Assembly (NCBI GenBank): GCA_951406725.2
Contig: OX597837.1
Location: forward strand, 34,162,001 to 34,226,000
Origin: Octopus vulgaris
Taxonomy: Eukaryota
Length of the DNA stretch: 64,000 nt
Direction: 5' to 3'
Shown: positions 40,960 to 54,706 of the stretch, piece by piece
How the letters are laid out: the number at the start of each line of letters is the position of its first letter
How positions within the stretch are numbered: position 1 is the stretch's first letter
Notes under the pieces: generated by a model
The model's database searches: none
Told to the model about the DNA's origin: nothing
What the model saw: the letters and a program-made list of their open reading frames with translations, nothing else
Position numbers and translations under genes: made by a program

Positions 40960-41655
40960 GTGTGTGTGTGAAGGAGAGAGAGAGAGTGAGAGAGAGCGAG
41001 AGAGTGAGAGAGAAAGAGAGAGAGTGAGAGAGTGAGGGAATGTGTGTTTGTGAGTGAGAGAGAGAATGTGTGTGCGTAAGAGAGAGAGAATGTGTGTGTG
41101 AGTGAGAGGAAGAAAGTGAGCGAGAGAGAGAGAGAGAGAGGAAGAGAGTGAGTGAGAGAGAATGTGTGTGTGAGTAAGAGAGAGAGAGAGAGAATGTGTG
41201 TGTGTGAGTGAGTGTGTGGATGAGTGTGTGTGTGTGTGAGTGAGTGTGTGGATGAGTGTGTGTGTGTGAGTGAGAGAAAGAGAAACAGAGAGAGATAATG
41301 TGTATGTGTGTGAGAGAGGTTGTGTGTGTGAGAGCGAGCATGTGTGTGTGTATGTGAGTGTGTGTGAGAGAGTGTGTGTGTGTGTGTGTGTGTGTGTGAC
41401 ACCGTGTGCGTGCGTGTATGTGTATATTCGACTGTGTATGTGTGTACATTCGAATGTTTATGTGTAAGTATGTGTGTGTGTATATGTCTGTTTGTGTGTG
41501 TGTATTTGTGCGCGTTTATATGTATGTGTCTGTATGTGAGAGAGAGAGTGTGTGTGTTGGTGTATGTGTGTGTGTGTGTGTGTGTGTGAGCGAGTGTGTA
41601 TGAGTGTGCATATACGCGCGTGTATGTATGTGTGAGTGCCTGCTCATACACATAA

Positions 41656-41694
<39 letters not shown>

Positions 41695-41695
41695 A
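40960..41695. repeat. Degenerate (GA)n/(GT)n field
   Basis: Read directly from sequence. Confidence 0.93.
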
Positions 41696-41738
41696 TATAT
41701 ATAGATCTTCTATGAACAGCGCTTCTCCCCTCAAATGT

Positions 41739-41793
41739 AAACGATATGCTAATGATATGCAAACGATATGCAAGCGATATGCAAATGATATGT
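41739..41793. repeat. Five copies of an 11-bp unit (consensus AAACGATATGC)
   Basis: Read directly; contains ATGCAAAT at 41779-41786. Confidence 0.85.
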
Positions 41794-41914
41794 CTATGAT
41801 TATGAACTAGAAATTATTCAGCGTTACTTAATCGTTTGCTTGGACTGGTTTCACTCACTGGACCGCGGTCACGCTGGGACATCGCTTTATAGAACTCTTC
41901 TTCTTTGATTACAT

Positions 41915-41965
<51 letters not shown>

Positions 41966-41978
41966 ATTTTATAGAAGG

Positions 41979-42029
41979 AGCTTCTACAGGACTAGAACTG
42001 TTTCATTCAGATGAAATCTTCAGGAAGCT
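41979..42029 (-). ncRNA. Type I hammerhead ribozyme motif, canonical core
   Basis: AGCUUC-CUGAAGA-U-UUC[AUCU]GAA-U-GAA-ACAG[UUCUAGUC]CUGU-A-GAAGCU. Confidence 0.78.
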
Positions 42030-42260
42030 GGCTGTCAAAATATGTTCTGGTATTTATGCATTTAGGCAGATTTAATGGAGTGGTGGTGGCAGGGGGGAAG
42101 TTTTTTGGGTACGTTGGTATTTAGGAGATAAGCAGGGCACAAGCTATTGTTCTTAGGGGAGTGGTCAAAAGGCTAGAGGTGTCACGCAGTGGGACTGAAC
42201 CCGGAACCATGTGGTTGGTTAGCAAGCTACTTACCACACAGCCACTCCTATATATAAATA

Positions 42261-43156
42261 CAGGGTGTCCCAAAAGTCACTAACGGGTTTCAGTTTTTAA
42301 TAACTTCCTTAACTTTGCAAATAAATGCATGAAATTTTGATACAATATAAAGGACATAGTGGAAATCAATATGCACAAATCAAATTTTGCAACACCAATA
42401 CATTACATATCAAAAAATGCCGTCGCTTAAATGGCTGCCATTTTCGGCTTCGCACGCCCATGCTCTTTGCAAAACTTGCACCATTACATCCTCAAGACTT
42501 TCAGACCCCACTTCTCTTATTTCTGTATTGATGTTCTCTTTCAGTTGCACCAGAATCTCTGGTTTGTTGACGTAAACCCCCTCTTTCAGGTAGCCCCTCA
42601 AGAAAAAAATCCGGGCTAGTCAAGTCTGGTGAACGTGAAGGTCAGTTACCATTGCCGTAGCCGGAGATTAGTCTTTCTCCAAAGCACTGCCGTAGCAACT
42701 GCGTTGTTTTTTTTTTTTTTGCGGTTTGACCAGTTGCCCCATCATGCTCGTGTGAGGTCTACTTTAAATGGCCTTCACGTTCTCCAGACTTGACTAGTCC
42801 GGATTTTTTTCTTGTGGGGATACTTGAAAGAGAGGGTTTGCGTCAACAACCCGGAGACCCTGGTGCAACTGAAAGAGAAGATCAATACAGAAATCAACGA
42901 AATGGGGTCTGAAACTATTGAGGGTTTTATGGTGCAAGTTTTGGAAAGAGCACGGTCGTACGAAGCTGAAAGTGGCTTCCATTTAAGCGATGTCACTTTT
43001 TGAAATGTGATGGAGTGTTGTTGCAAAACTTGACTTGTGCATATTAATTTCCATTATGTCCTTTATATTGTATCACAATTTCATGCATTTATTTGTAAAG
43101 GTAAGGAAGTTATTAAAAACTGAACCCTTCCCCCAGTGACTTTTGGGGGTACCCTG
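42261..43156. mobile_element. Palindromic Tc1/mariner-derived element made of two inverted transposase 3' ends
   Basis: Ends CAGGGTGTCCCAAAAGTCAC / GTGACTTTTGGGGGTACCCTG. Both arms encode SPDLTSPDFFL(W/R)GYLKE..LVQLKE.INTEI on opposite strands. Confidence 0.88.
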
Positions 43157-43549
43157 TTTTTATCTGTTTCTTTGTTGTCATTGTTTATTTCTAGACGACA
43201 TCCTACCCACTCGCGATCAACTGACCTTGTAACCCTAAGTATTCTAGTCGTGATCAATCTGTCTCCAATTTCTCTTGGTTTTCAAATATTTTAGATGATA
43301 TTTAAGTTTATATTGGGCGTAACTTAGGAAACGGTGACAAGTGATAACTTTGTAAGCATGATTGTAAATTTTCACCGCGTAGTGACTCTTGAAAATAGTT
43401 TAATGTCGGGGTATATGTAAAAAAACTAACGAAATAAATGTGCGTTAGTATGCGTAGGGATCGAACCCACGCCTCATATTTTCGCTCTACTAATGTCCAT
43501 TTTCTTTCCGAGGAGGGTTTATATTCCCGAATATTAGACTATTATAAAG

Positions 43550-44600
43550 CAGCGAAATGCTTGGCGGTATTTCGTCTGCCGTTACGTTCTGAGTTCAAAT
43601 TCGGGTTCGATAAATTAAGTACCAGTTACGCACAGGGGTCGATATAATCGACTTAATCCTTTTGTCTGTCTTTGTTTGTCCTCTCTGTGTTTAACCAACC
43701 CCTTGTGGGTAGTAAAGAAATAGGTATTTCGTCTGCTGCTACGTTCTGAGTTCATATTCCACCGAGGTCGACTTTGCCTTTCATTCTTTCGGAGTCGATT
43801 AAATAAGTACCAGTTACGCACTGGGGTCGGTATAATCGACTTAATCCGTTTGTCTGTCCTTGTTTGTCATCTCTGTGTTTAGCCAACCCCTTGTGGGTAG
43901 TAAAGAAATAGGTATTTCGTCTGCTGCTACGTTCTGAGTTCATATTCCACCGAGGTCGACTTTGCCTTTCATTCTTTCGGAGTCGATTAAATAAGTACCA
44001 GTTACGCACTGGGGTCGGTATAATCGACTTAATCCGTTTGTCATCTCTGTGTTTAGCCAACCCCTTGTGGGTAGTAAAGAAATAGGTATTTCGTCTGCTG
44101 CTACGTTCTGAGTTCATATTCCACCGAGGTCGACTTTGCCTTTCATTCTTTCGGAGTCGATTAAATAAGTACCAGTTACGCACTGGGGTCGGTATAATCG
44201 ACTTAATCCGTTTGTCTGCCCTTGTTTGTCCGTTCTGTGTTTAGCCCCTTGTGGGTAGTAAAGAAATAGGTATTTCGTCTGCCGATACGCCGAGGTCGTC
44301 TTTGCCTTTCATCCTTTCGGAGTCGATTAAATAAGTAGCAGTTACGCACTGGGGTCGGTATAATCGACTTAATCCGTTTGTCTGTCCTTGTTTGTCATCT
44401 CTGTGTTTAGCCCCTTGTGGGTAGTAAAGAAATAGGTATTTCGTCTGCCGATACGCCGAGGTCGTCTTTGCCTTTCATCCTTTCGGAGTCGATTAAATAA
44501 GTAGCAGTTACGCACTGGGGTCGATGTAATCGACTTAGTCCCTTTGTCTGTCCTTGTTTGTCTCCTCTATGTTTAGCCCCTTGTGGGCAGTAAAGAATTA
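43550..44600 (+). mobile_element. Tandem array of about six SINE A bodies
   Basis: Head-to-tail units joined at AAAGAAATA|GGTATTTCGTCTG. Confidence 0.92.
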
Positions 44601-44710
44601 AATATCGTTTCACAATAACACGGTCTCAAGAATGGACGATAGCAATTCAATCTGTGATACATATGTTTCAGTTGCAAGGCATTTTATTGATTACACGTGC
44701 ATCACTTAGT

Positions 44711-45102
44711 GTGGAGGCGCAATAGCCCAGTGGTTAGGGCAGCGGACTCGCGGTCGTAGGATCGCGGTTTCGATTCCCAGATCGGGCATTGCGAGTGTTT
44801 ATTGAGCGAAAACACTTAAAGCTTCACAAGGCTCCGGCAGGGGATGGTGGTGAACCCTGCTGTACTCTTTCACTACAACTTTCTCTCACTCTTTCTTCCT
44901 GTTTCTGTTGTACCTGTATTTCAAAGGGCCAACCTTGTCACTCTCTGTGTCACGCTGAATCTCCTCGAGAACTACGTTAATGGTACACGTGTCTGTGGAG
45001 TGCTCAGCCACTTGCACGTTAATTCCACGAGCAAGCTGTTCCGTTGTTCGTATCAGCTGGGACCCTCATCGTCGTAACCGACGGAGTGCTCCTATCCTAT
45101 CT
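44711..45102 (+). mobile_element. SINE family C, full length
   Basis: TSD ATCACTTAGT at 44701-44710 and 45103-45112. Confidence 0.92.
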
Positions 45103-45407
45103 ATCACTTAGTAGGAAAATGCCTGCTACGTCTTCAGGATTCCAATTGTTAAGACGACGGAGATCGCATACTTCTTTCAGTTTCCGTCTACCAAATCCAC
45201 TCACAAAGCTTTGGTCAGCCCGAGGCTATAGCGGAAGACACTCGCTAAAGTTACCACGCGGTGGAACTAAACCTGGAACCATGTGGTTGGGAAGTAAAAC
45301 TCCAAACTCAATTAATTGAGCGTTCTCCTGCATTTCTACTTCAAGACATGCAGCGTCTGATGTATTTTGAAAGAAAAAAAAAATTTTATTACTCTAAATA
45401 TAACCAA

Positions 45408-45792
45408 CTAGCAGTATCGCCCGGCGTTGCTCAGGTTTGTAAGGGAAATAACTATAAAGCATTTTTAGAGAGTTATAGCCAAAAAATAGCAAAAAGATGG
45501 AAAAAAATGATGGTAAATTTTTTTTTTTTAGTTAAAAAAGGTGGAGTTGCGTCCCCTAGACAGTTTGCGGTTTGTGTTTCTGATTCTCGACCCCATGTCG
45601 AATTTATCGATTTTTTTCAGAACTGGGGCAACTTTTCAAAATTTTCGCTGCGTTAGTTTTGAATTATGACATTGGGCTATGTGTGTGTCAAGTTTCATCA
45701 GAATCGGTTGAAAGCCGTGGTCAGGGTGAGGGTACAAGTAAACAGACACACAGAAACACGCACAGACAAACTGCCGTTTATATAGAGAGAGA
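45408..45792 (-). mobile_element. Non-autonomous Helitron, subtype 2
   Basis: 5' TCTCTCT..ATATAAACGGCAG; 3' hairpin plus CTAG; copy at 53972-54344. Confidence 0.88.
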
Positions 45793-45793
45793 T

Positions 45794-46232
45794 TATCATC
45801 ATCATCATCATCATTGTTCGACCGTGGTTGAGACAATGGAATTTACCATGCTACGCCAGACTTCACGGTCCATCATGGCATTACGGAGGTCCTGTTGCTG
45901 GATGCCTGTATCCCTGGAGATCACATCAGGGTAGGAGAGTGTGCGCCCTCTGGTATTGCGAGTAGATGGCTTCCAGAGGAGAAGAGTAGAAATTACTTCT
46001 TTTTCAGCTCTACAACAATGTCCAGCAAACTGGACTCTCCTACCTTTCACAAGAGATGACACAGGTGGTAGTTTCCCATATATTTACATTTTGGTTGGAT
46101 GGCGCTTCCACGAGAGGTTTTGAGCTCTCATAAGGAGGCGAGTGTAGGTTCCATCCAACCGCCTCTCAAGCTTCTTTGATAACGTCCAGGTTTCTGAGCC
46201 ATATAGTAGAATTGGTTTGACTGTGGCTTTAC
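45794..46232 (-). mobile_element. RTE-clade LINE, 5'-truncated 3' end
   Basis: PILLYGSETWTL..RRVQFAGHCCR..LLLWKP..AMMDREVWR followed by a (TGA)n tail. Confidence 0.9.
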
Positions 46233-46429
46233 AATATAACCAATACTTTTTTATACTGATACAAGCTGTAACTGTATAATTCTTTTTTAACATAAATGTA
46301 AAAAAAAAATTGAATTCTACTAGATTTTCACTAATTTCCGATATCAGGTAATTTTTTTGCGGTTAGTGTACATACATAATCTGGTTTGTATACACGCGCC
46401 ATATATACATTTTTTTAATTTTTTTTCTT

Positions 46430-46500
46430 TTTCTGCCTGAAGAAGCTTCTGGTACGTCTCCTTGAAGTCAACGGGTTCGCAGAAACGCAATCGCGTCCCG
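46430..46500 (+). ncRNA. Degenerate hammerhead-like motif
   Basis: CUGAAGA at 46437-46443 and GAA-ACGC[AAUC]GCGU-C at 46482-46497; stems I and II pair poorly. Confidence 0.4.
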
Positions 46501-46592
46501 TTTAATGAATATATTTTATTTTAATACGTATGTTTTGCTATTTTCTTTTTGTATTTAATTAGTGTACTTTCGTTATACGGTTATATATATAA

Positions 46593-46670
<78 letters not shown>

Positions 46671-47322
46671 GTGTGTGTGTGTTCATATATATATATGTAC
46701 TAGTCTGTGTGTTTGTGTGTAGCATCCACGTGTATACATGTTTAAGCGTGCAATTACAGGCTAGCAGAAAATAGCGGAAGGAAACTGACGTATTTAATAT
46801 CAATATCCGCTTTTATATTATTATTATTATTATTATTATTATCATTATTGTTGTTGTTGTTGTTGTTGTTTTTATAACAATTTCAATTTTGTAGATATAT
46901 ATGTATGAATGTGTGTAAGCATACGTATATATATTAATATATATATATATATATATATAAAGTTAATTTAAAGGAAGTGTACTGTTCTTTAGGAAGAAAG
47001 GTACATCATCACTGAATTATGATGAGGATGTGTGTCTATCATACACTTCCGGTGAACGGTTGCATCAGATAGTATAAACCAAGCTTCCGGCAACTTCTAA
47101 AAATCAAAATTATAAACATTTAGTTTTCTATGTATATGTATTTTTTGTGTTTTTCTTTTAAATTTCCTCTCATCCCATCCATACAACACTTCAAATTATT
47201 AAATGAATAAATAAATAATACAAAACAAAAAAAAAAATCAAATAAAAATGGATTCCATATTTTTAATTTAATTTTGTATGTATCCGTGTATATACATACA
47301 TATATAATACATTCATACATAC

Positions 47323-47517
<195 letters not shown>

Positions 47518-47976
47518 TAACATACAGACACGCACGAACACACACACACACATATATATGTATGTATATTCTCTACTGTTTCTTGTTTTTGAAATCCTTC
47601 CTCTAAGAAAGGAGCTGGTTACTAAAAAAGATGCAAAGCTCCATCTTTGGGATGTAGATAACGAAAACAATGTCACAATTTAAACTTAAGAAAAGTCTTG
47701 CATAGTTTTACTGTTCCGCTTACAGATTGTATTTCTAATGTAGGATCACTTGGTTGATTTCCTCTTTTGAGAATCCAAGCTTATCCAGACTGACAGTTAG
47801 GCATTTACCTAGGAAACCAAGTGTTCCATTTATTTTTGGAATAAATGTAAATTTATAATCTGGATACAGAAGCAGGAGTTTTCGAAACAGTTGTCCATAA
47901 TTATCCTCTTTCTTTGATTTTCAGAGATATTCATATCAGCAGGTCAACTGACCTCTGTAACGGTAGCGGTACATAA

Positions 47977-48300
47977 GGCGGCGAGCTGGCAGAAACGTTA
48001 GCACGCCGGGCGAAATGCTTAGCGGTATTTCGTCTGCGTTACGTTGTGAGTTCAAATTCCGCCGAGGTCGACTTTGCCTTTCATCCTTTCGGGGGTCGAT
48101 AAATTAAGTACCAGTTACGCACTGGGGTCGATGTAATCGACTTAATACCTATGTCTGTCCTTGTTTGTCCCCTCTGTGTTTAGCCCCTTGTGGGTAGTAA
48201 AGAAATAGGTATTTCGTCTGTCTTCACGTTGTGAGTTCAAATTCCGCCGAGGTCGACTTTGCCTTTCATCCTTTCGGGGTCGATAAATTAAGTACCAAAT
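47977..48300 (+). mobile_element. SINE family A, partial dimer
   Basis: Family motifs. Confidence 0.9.
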
Positions 48301-48309
48301 TAAGTACGC

Positions 48310-48626
48310 ATATTTTTTCGTGTGTCGATGGCGGCGGAGTTGGCGTCCATGGTCACACCTGCACCTGTGTTGCTTCTCCCCCTTCTTCCCTCCCTCGTGA
48401 AGCTGTGGGGAAGGGAGTGTAAGGAAATCAACGTCATAAAGCATTGTCAAGGAGACCAGCGTTCTTTTAGAACAACGACTTCATGGCTTGAAGACACCAA
48501 AATTACCATCATTTTTTAATTCCATTTTTAATGCATTTTTTTGCTATTTTTTTGCTATAACTCACTAAAAATGCTTATATAGTTATTTCCCTTACAAACC
48601 CGAGCAACGCCGGGCGATACTGCTAG
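48310..48626 (+). mobile_element. Non-autonomous Helitron 3' part, subtype 3
   Basis: Same 3' ~120 bp ending CCCGAGCAACGCCGGGCGATACTGCTAG then T; different upstream sequence. Confidence 0.8.
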
Positions 48627-49029
48627 TAGGATATAGATTTCTTCACTTTTCAGCATTAAGTTAATGTATCTATCTTTGCTGCTATTATTTAGCAAGTGTT
48701 GTCTGAGAGAGACTATGCAATATTCGAAGGCCGCCTGCACTGATCTCAACCCCACTACCTCCTTTATCTCGTGCTAGGTAGACCCTGCCGATATCACTAT
48801 CCCTGTGGAGATTTCCAGTTGATTTGTGCCAGGGAGACTGATTTCCTTGTTCAACAATCAGATATGAACATTTCTTTTAGTGAAATTCCATTCCTATATC
48901 GGCTGAAAATGCTGTTCTTAATTCCAGTATCTTTTTTTGATATTTTTAGCATAAATCTTGAGGCTATCAACAAAGAAATTATGGGTTACATTAATATCTC
49001 TTGAAGTTGCAGACGTTAGCTTATAACCT

Positions 49030-49445
49030 TTTTCTTTATTACCCACAAGGGGCTAAACACAGAGCGGACAAACAAGGACAGACATAGGTATTAAGTCGAT
49101 TACATCGACCCCAGTGCGTAACTGGTGCTTAATTTATCGATCCCCGAAAGGATGAAAGGCAAAGTCGACCTCGGCGGAATTTGAACTCAGAACGTAACGG
49201 CAGACGAAATACCTATTTCTTTATTACCCACAAGGGGCTAAACATAGAAGGGACAAACAAGGACAGACATAGGTATTAAGTCGATTACATCGACCCCAGT
49301 GCGTAACTGGTACTTAATTTATCGACCCCGAAAGGATGAAAGGCAAAGTCGACCTCGGCGGAATTTGAACTCACAACGTAACGCAGACAAAATACCGTTA
49401 AGCATTTCGTACGGCCATGCTAACGTTTCTGCCAGCTTGCCGCCT
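49030..49445 (-). mobile_element. SINE family A, dimeric
   Basis: Family motifs. Confidence 0.9.
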
Positions 49446-49815
49446 TTAGCATATAACCGTTTGATTTTTTTGTAGTAGAAATGATAATGGATTTAACACC
49501 AACATGAACAGAAATACAGCGAGAGACTATCTCATTGGAATAGTCCGTTTGAAATATTTAACATTGGAGACAATCGTCCCATTCTCTGTTCTAAGTGTAA
49601 AAATTGTTGCCCTGCTCTGTGTGAGCCTCTCAGAGGCAGCAATCAAGATGGCGTCCACTTTTTTCAAATGGGGATACTTTAGCAGCCATGAGTGGGCAAT
49701 AGAATCAAATGCCTTTCTATAATCAAACTTTATTGTTGCAAGGCTCATACGATGTTTTTTCTCCCCTCCACTTTTTTTTCTTTTTTACTTTAGGCAGTTC
49801 TTTTTACCTTAGATA

Positions 49816-50275
<460 letters not shown>

Positions 50276-50307
50276 TATATATATATATATGTGTGTGTGT
50301 ATGTATG

Positions 50308-50354
<47 letters not shown>

Positions 50355-50362
50355 GTGTGTGT

Positions 50363-50429
<67 letters not shown>

Positions 50430-50945
50430 TATACCGTGTGTGTTCAAGTGTATAATTGAGGAATGTAGAAAAGCATAAATTTCACATATATACAGTTTGT
50501 TTCAACAAAGCAAAAACATCAAAATTTATATAAATACGTAATTAACACAGATAGTTAATTAGTATAATGTGTGTGTGTGTGTGGGTGTGTGCGCGCGCGT
50601 GTAATTGCGCAATACTCTAATCAAAGTTGAAATAGGATAATTAACGAAAACAATTTTAGTCTCCGGAAAGTTGTTAAAAAGTCTTGTCGAAGAGTTTAAT
50701 CGTGACAAAAGTCAGGACTTGCTTTCAATTAAGGAACAGTTCTTCCATTCTCTGCTGATTTCTGTTCTTGGTCTCTTCTTCCCCTCCCCACACCCTTCCA
50801 CTCTGTGTGTGTATGTGTATGTCTGTCTGTCTGTCTCTCACCCCCCCCCCCCACACACACACTAAAATCGGCATACACCTACAGAAATCTGTCTCTCTCT
50901 ATCTCCCTCTTTCTCTTAGTTTGTGTGTGTTCGTGTGTGTGTATG

Positions 50946-51920
<975 letters not shown>

Positions 51921-52720
51921 ATGCACACATATATAGAAATATATATATATTTACACGTAGACACACACTCGGATATATTTATGGACACACGCACCCCCTC
52001 CCCCACCCACACACATACACACAGACATACATACACACTCCACAAAGAATAACATAGCATGTTTTCAACAAAACAATAAAAGAAACAACACAAAACAAAA
52101 CAACACCAAAAAAACATCTGAATTCATTTAATTTGATCAACTTTTTCAACGAGAAAATAGAAAGAAAAACGAGAACAAAAACGAGAACAAAAACAAAAAC
52201 AAAATGGAAGACAATAAAAGCCATCGAATTCCTAAGTTCCTTCGTGCCAAATTCTTTGACGTTGGCACTGCACTAACTACTAAAGTGAAACCCTTTACCG
52301 ACAATTCCTTTTGTTAATCGACGCCAAAGAGCTTGGTTCGCGCTCGGAGGACGTGACTACGAGATAAAGACTGCTTGGAACTTTCCTTCGTTCAATCTTT
52401 GAAGAAACCATCATTCTTCATTCTTTCCGAATGAAATTTCTCGTCACATTTTTCACAAACCGTCGACATTTTTATTAGCGAATCACTTCGAACATTTTAT
52501 CGATTGTTATTGTTGCTGCTGTTGTTGTTGCTGTTGTTGTTGTTGTTGTTGTTGCTATAGCTGTCGTTGTAGTTATTGTAATGGTGTGGTGGTGGTGATG
52601 GTGGTGGTGGTGGTGGTGGTGATGTGGTAATCTTTCTCATAGTTATTCTTGTAATTGCGTTTGTGAATGTAGTTGTTGTTGTTGTTGTTCTTCTTCTTCT
52701 TCTTCTTCTTCTTCTTCTTC

Positions 52721-52785
<65 letters not shown>

Positions 52786-53276
52786 GAGTGAGAGAGCAGT
52801 GCATGCCATCAAAGTGACACTGGGGTAAAATATACGAAGCCCAGTATACCCATCATGACTACCTATCTGATAAGGGTACACCAGGCACATGCATCACAAC
52901 CATATGTGCGCGACATGGTGATCTCATATCAAGATAAACAGCACATGACCTTGCAGGTGGAGCCCAGTTAGAATTTTCTTCAGATCGAGTAACCCATCCC
53001 GCTCAAAAGGTCCCTGAATAAAGGTTGTTTAAGGACGTTGAATGAAACACCCATGTTTCCAGAGGTGAATTATTCAAACCCCAAAGAATCCTTCTCAACA
53101 CATGGCTATGATGCTCCCCCACTACTTCTGCTCGTGATCAGAGATGCACATATCGTCAGCCACTAAGGGACATGCTCAACTGGTTAAGGTCAAACAACTG
53201 ACAAGCAAATCTGTGGTATTGAGCAGAATATTTGCTGTAGCCCATCTTTTATACCAAGACAAAACAATGTACATGA

Positions 53277-53277
<1 letters not shown>
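52786..53277. mobile_element. ~490-bp non-coding insert embedded in a (TTA)n tract
   Basis: Complex sequence bounded on both sides by (TTA)n; no ORF, TIR or tRNA head seen. Confidence 0.55.
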
Positions 53278-53339
<62 letters not shown>

Positions 53340-53347
53340 CATTATTA

Positions 53348-53750
53348 AGGCGGCGAGCTGGCAGAAACTTTAGCACACCGGGCGAAATAATTAGCGGTAT
53401 TTCGTCTGCGTTACGTTCTGAGGTCAAATTCCGTCGAGGTCGACTTTGCCTTTCATCCTTTCGGGGTCGATTAAATAAGTACCAGTTACGCACTGGGGTC
53501 GATATAATCGACTTAATCCCTTTGTCTGTCCTTCTTTGTCCTCTCTGTGTTTAACCAACCCCTTGTGGGTAGTAAAGAAATAGAAATAGGTATTCTGCTC
53601 GTCGCTACGTTCTGAGTTCAAATTCCGCCGAGGTCGACTTTTGCCTTTCATTCTTTCGGGGTCGATAAAATAAGTAGCAGTTGAACACTGGGGTAGATAT
53701 GATCGACAAATCCCCACCTTTCGCTAAGCTGCCCTTGTGGCAAAAATTTA
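53348..53750 (+). mobile_element. SINE family A composite
   Basis: Family motifs. Confidence 0.88.
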
Positions 53751-53971
53751 ATGTATGATATTTAATGACTGATATTTCACTCCTTGTTGTTGTTGTTATC
53801 GTTGCTGCCTCCGTTCTCCTCGCAGTTTTTGTTGTTGTTGTTATTATTATTATTGTTGTTGTTGCCGCTCTTGTTGCTGTTGCAACTGCTGTTGTTATTC
53901 TTATAACACCGTTGACAATATTGTCGTTGTTGTTGTTGCCGCCGTCATCCTCAGTATTGTTGCAGTTGTTA

Positions 53972-54344
53972 TCTCTCTCTATATAAACGGCAGTTTGTCT
54001 GTGTGCGTGTCTGTGTGTCTGTCAGGTTGTACCCTCACCCTGACCACGGCTTTCAACCGATTATGATGAAACTTGACACACACATAGCCCAATGTCATAA
54101 TTCAAAACTAACGCAGCGAAAATTTTGAAAAGTTCCCCCAGTTCTGAAAAAAATCGATAAATTCGACATGGGGTCGAGAATCAGAAACACAAACCACAGA
54201 CTGTCTAGGGGACGCAACTCGACCTTTTTAACTTTTGCCATCATTTTTTCCACATTTTTTTGCTATTTTTTGGCTACAACTCTCTAAAAATGCTTTATAG
54301 TTATTTCCCTTACAAACCCGAGCAACGCCGGGCGATACTGCTAG
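53972..54344 (+). mobile_element. Non-autonomous Helitron, subtype 2, complete
   Basis: A|TC 5' end, GC hairpin, CTAG|T 3' end, no TSD. Confidence 0.92.
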
Positions 54345-54349
54345 TTGTT

Positions 54350-54706
54350 AACATGGCTGTATGCGCTTTCGAATGAATCATTCTTCGTCTGACGCTCTTT
54401 ATATTTTCTTCTTATTTGATGATGGTTATTGATGATGCTTATTGCTGGCACTGTTTAAAGATTCTGGATGTTGTCGATGCATCTCAGCCTATCCAGCTCA
54501 TGACGGCGCTTAAGGCTATGTGTCATCTTCCTAATAAAGTGTGTGTCTGTGAATCTGAGGCTGACTGCATGTGTCCCGTTGGCCACTATACGGGTGGAGA
54601 AATCCCCACCGCGGTTATGTTGATACAGGACGTCGGGCGGCGTGGGTTTGCGGAGATGTTCCTTCACTCGAGAGGGAAGTTGTGTTCTGGTTGACCCTTG
54701 GATCAA
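54350..54706 (-). mobile_element. Penelope-like GIY-YIG C-terminal remnant with decayed hammerhead
   Basis: GSTRTQLPSRVKEHL..YQH..FSTRIVA..LRFTDTHFIRK..LKRRHEL; downstream CAGACGA-A-GAAUG[AUU]CAUUC-GAAA-GCGC at 54361-54391. Confidence 0.65.

Larger units (their letters stand above)
47685..49760 (-). mobile_element. Decayed RLE-type non-LTR retrotransposon (R4/Dong-like) with nested insertions
   Basis: FDYRKAFDSIAHSWL (RT), GLRSVQAAF..IVSL, and PADMNI..EKEDNYGQL..YPDYKFTFIP..GTLG (RLE) occur in the expected order. Confidence 0.72.

Noticed and set aside
52230-52500. Unique CpG-containing segment as exon or ncRNA
   Set aside because: No convincing splice pair, ORF or structure seen; cannot be supported without alignment data.
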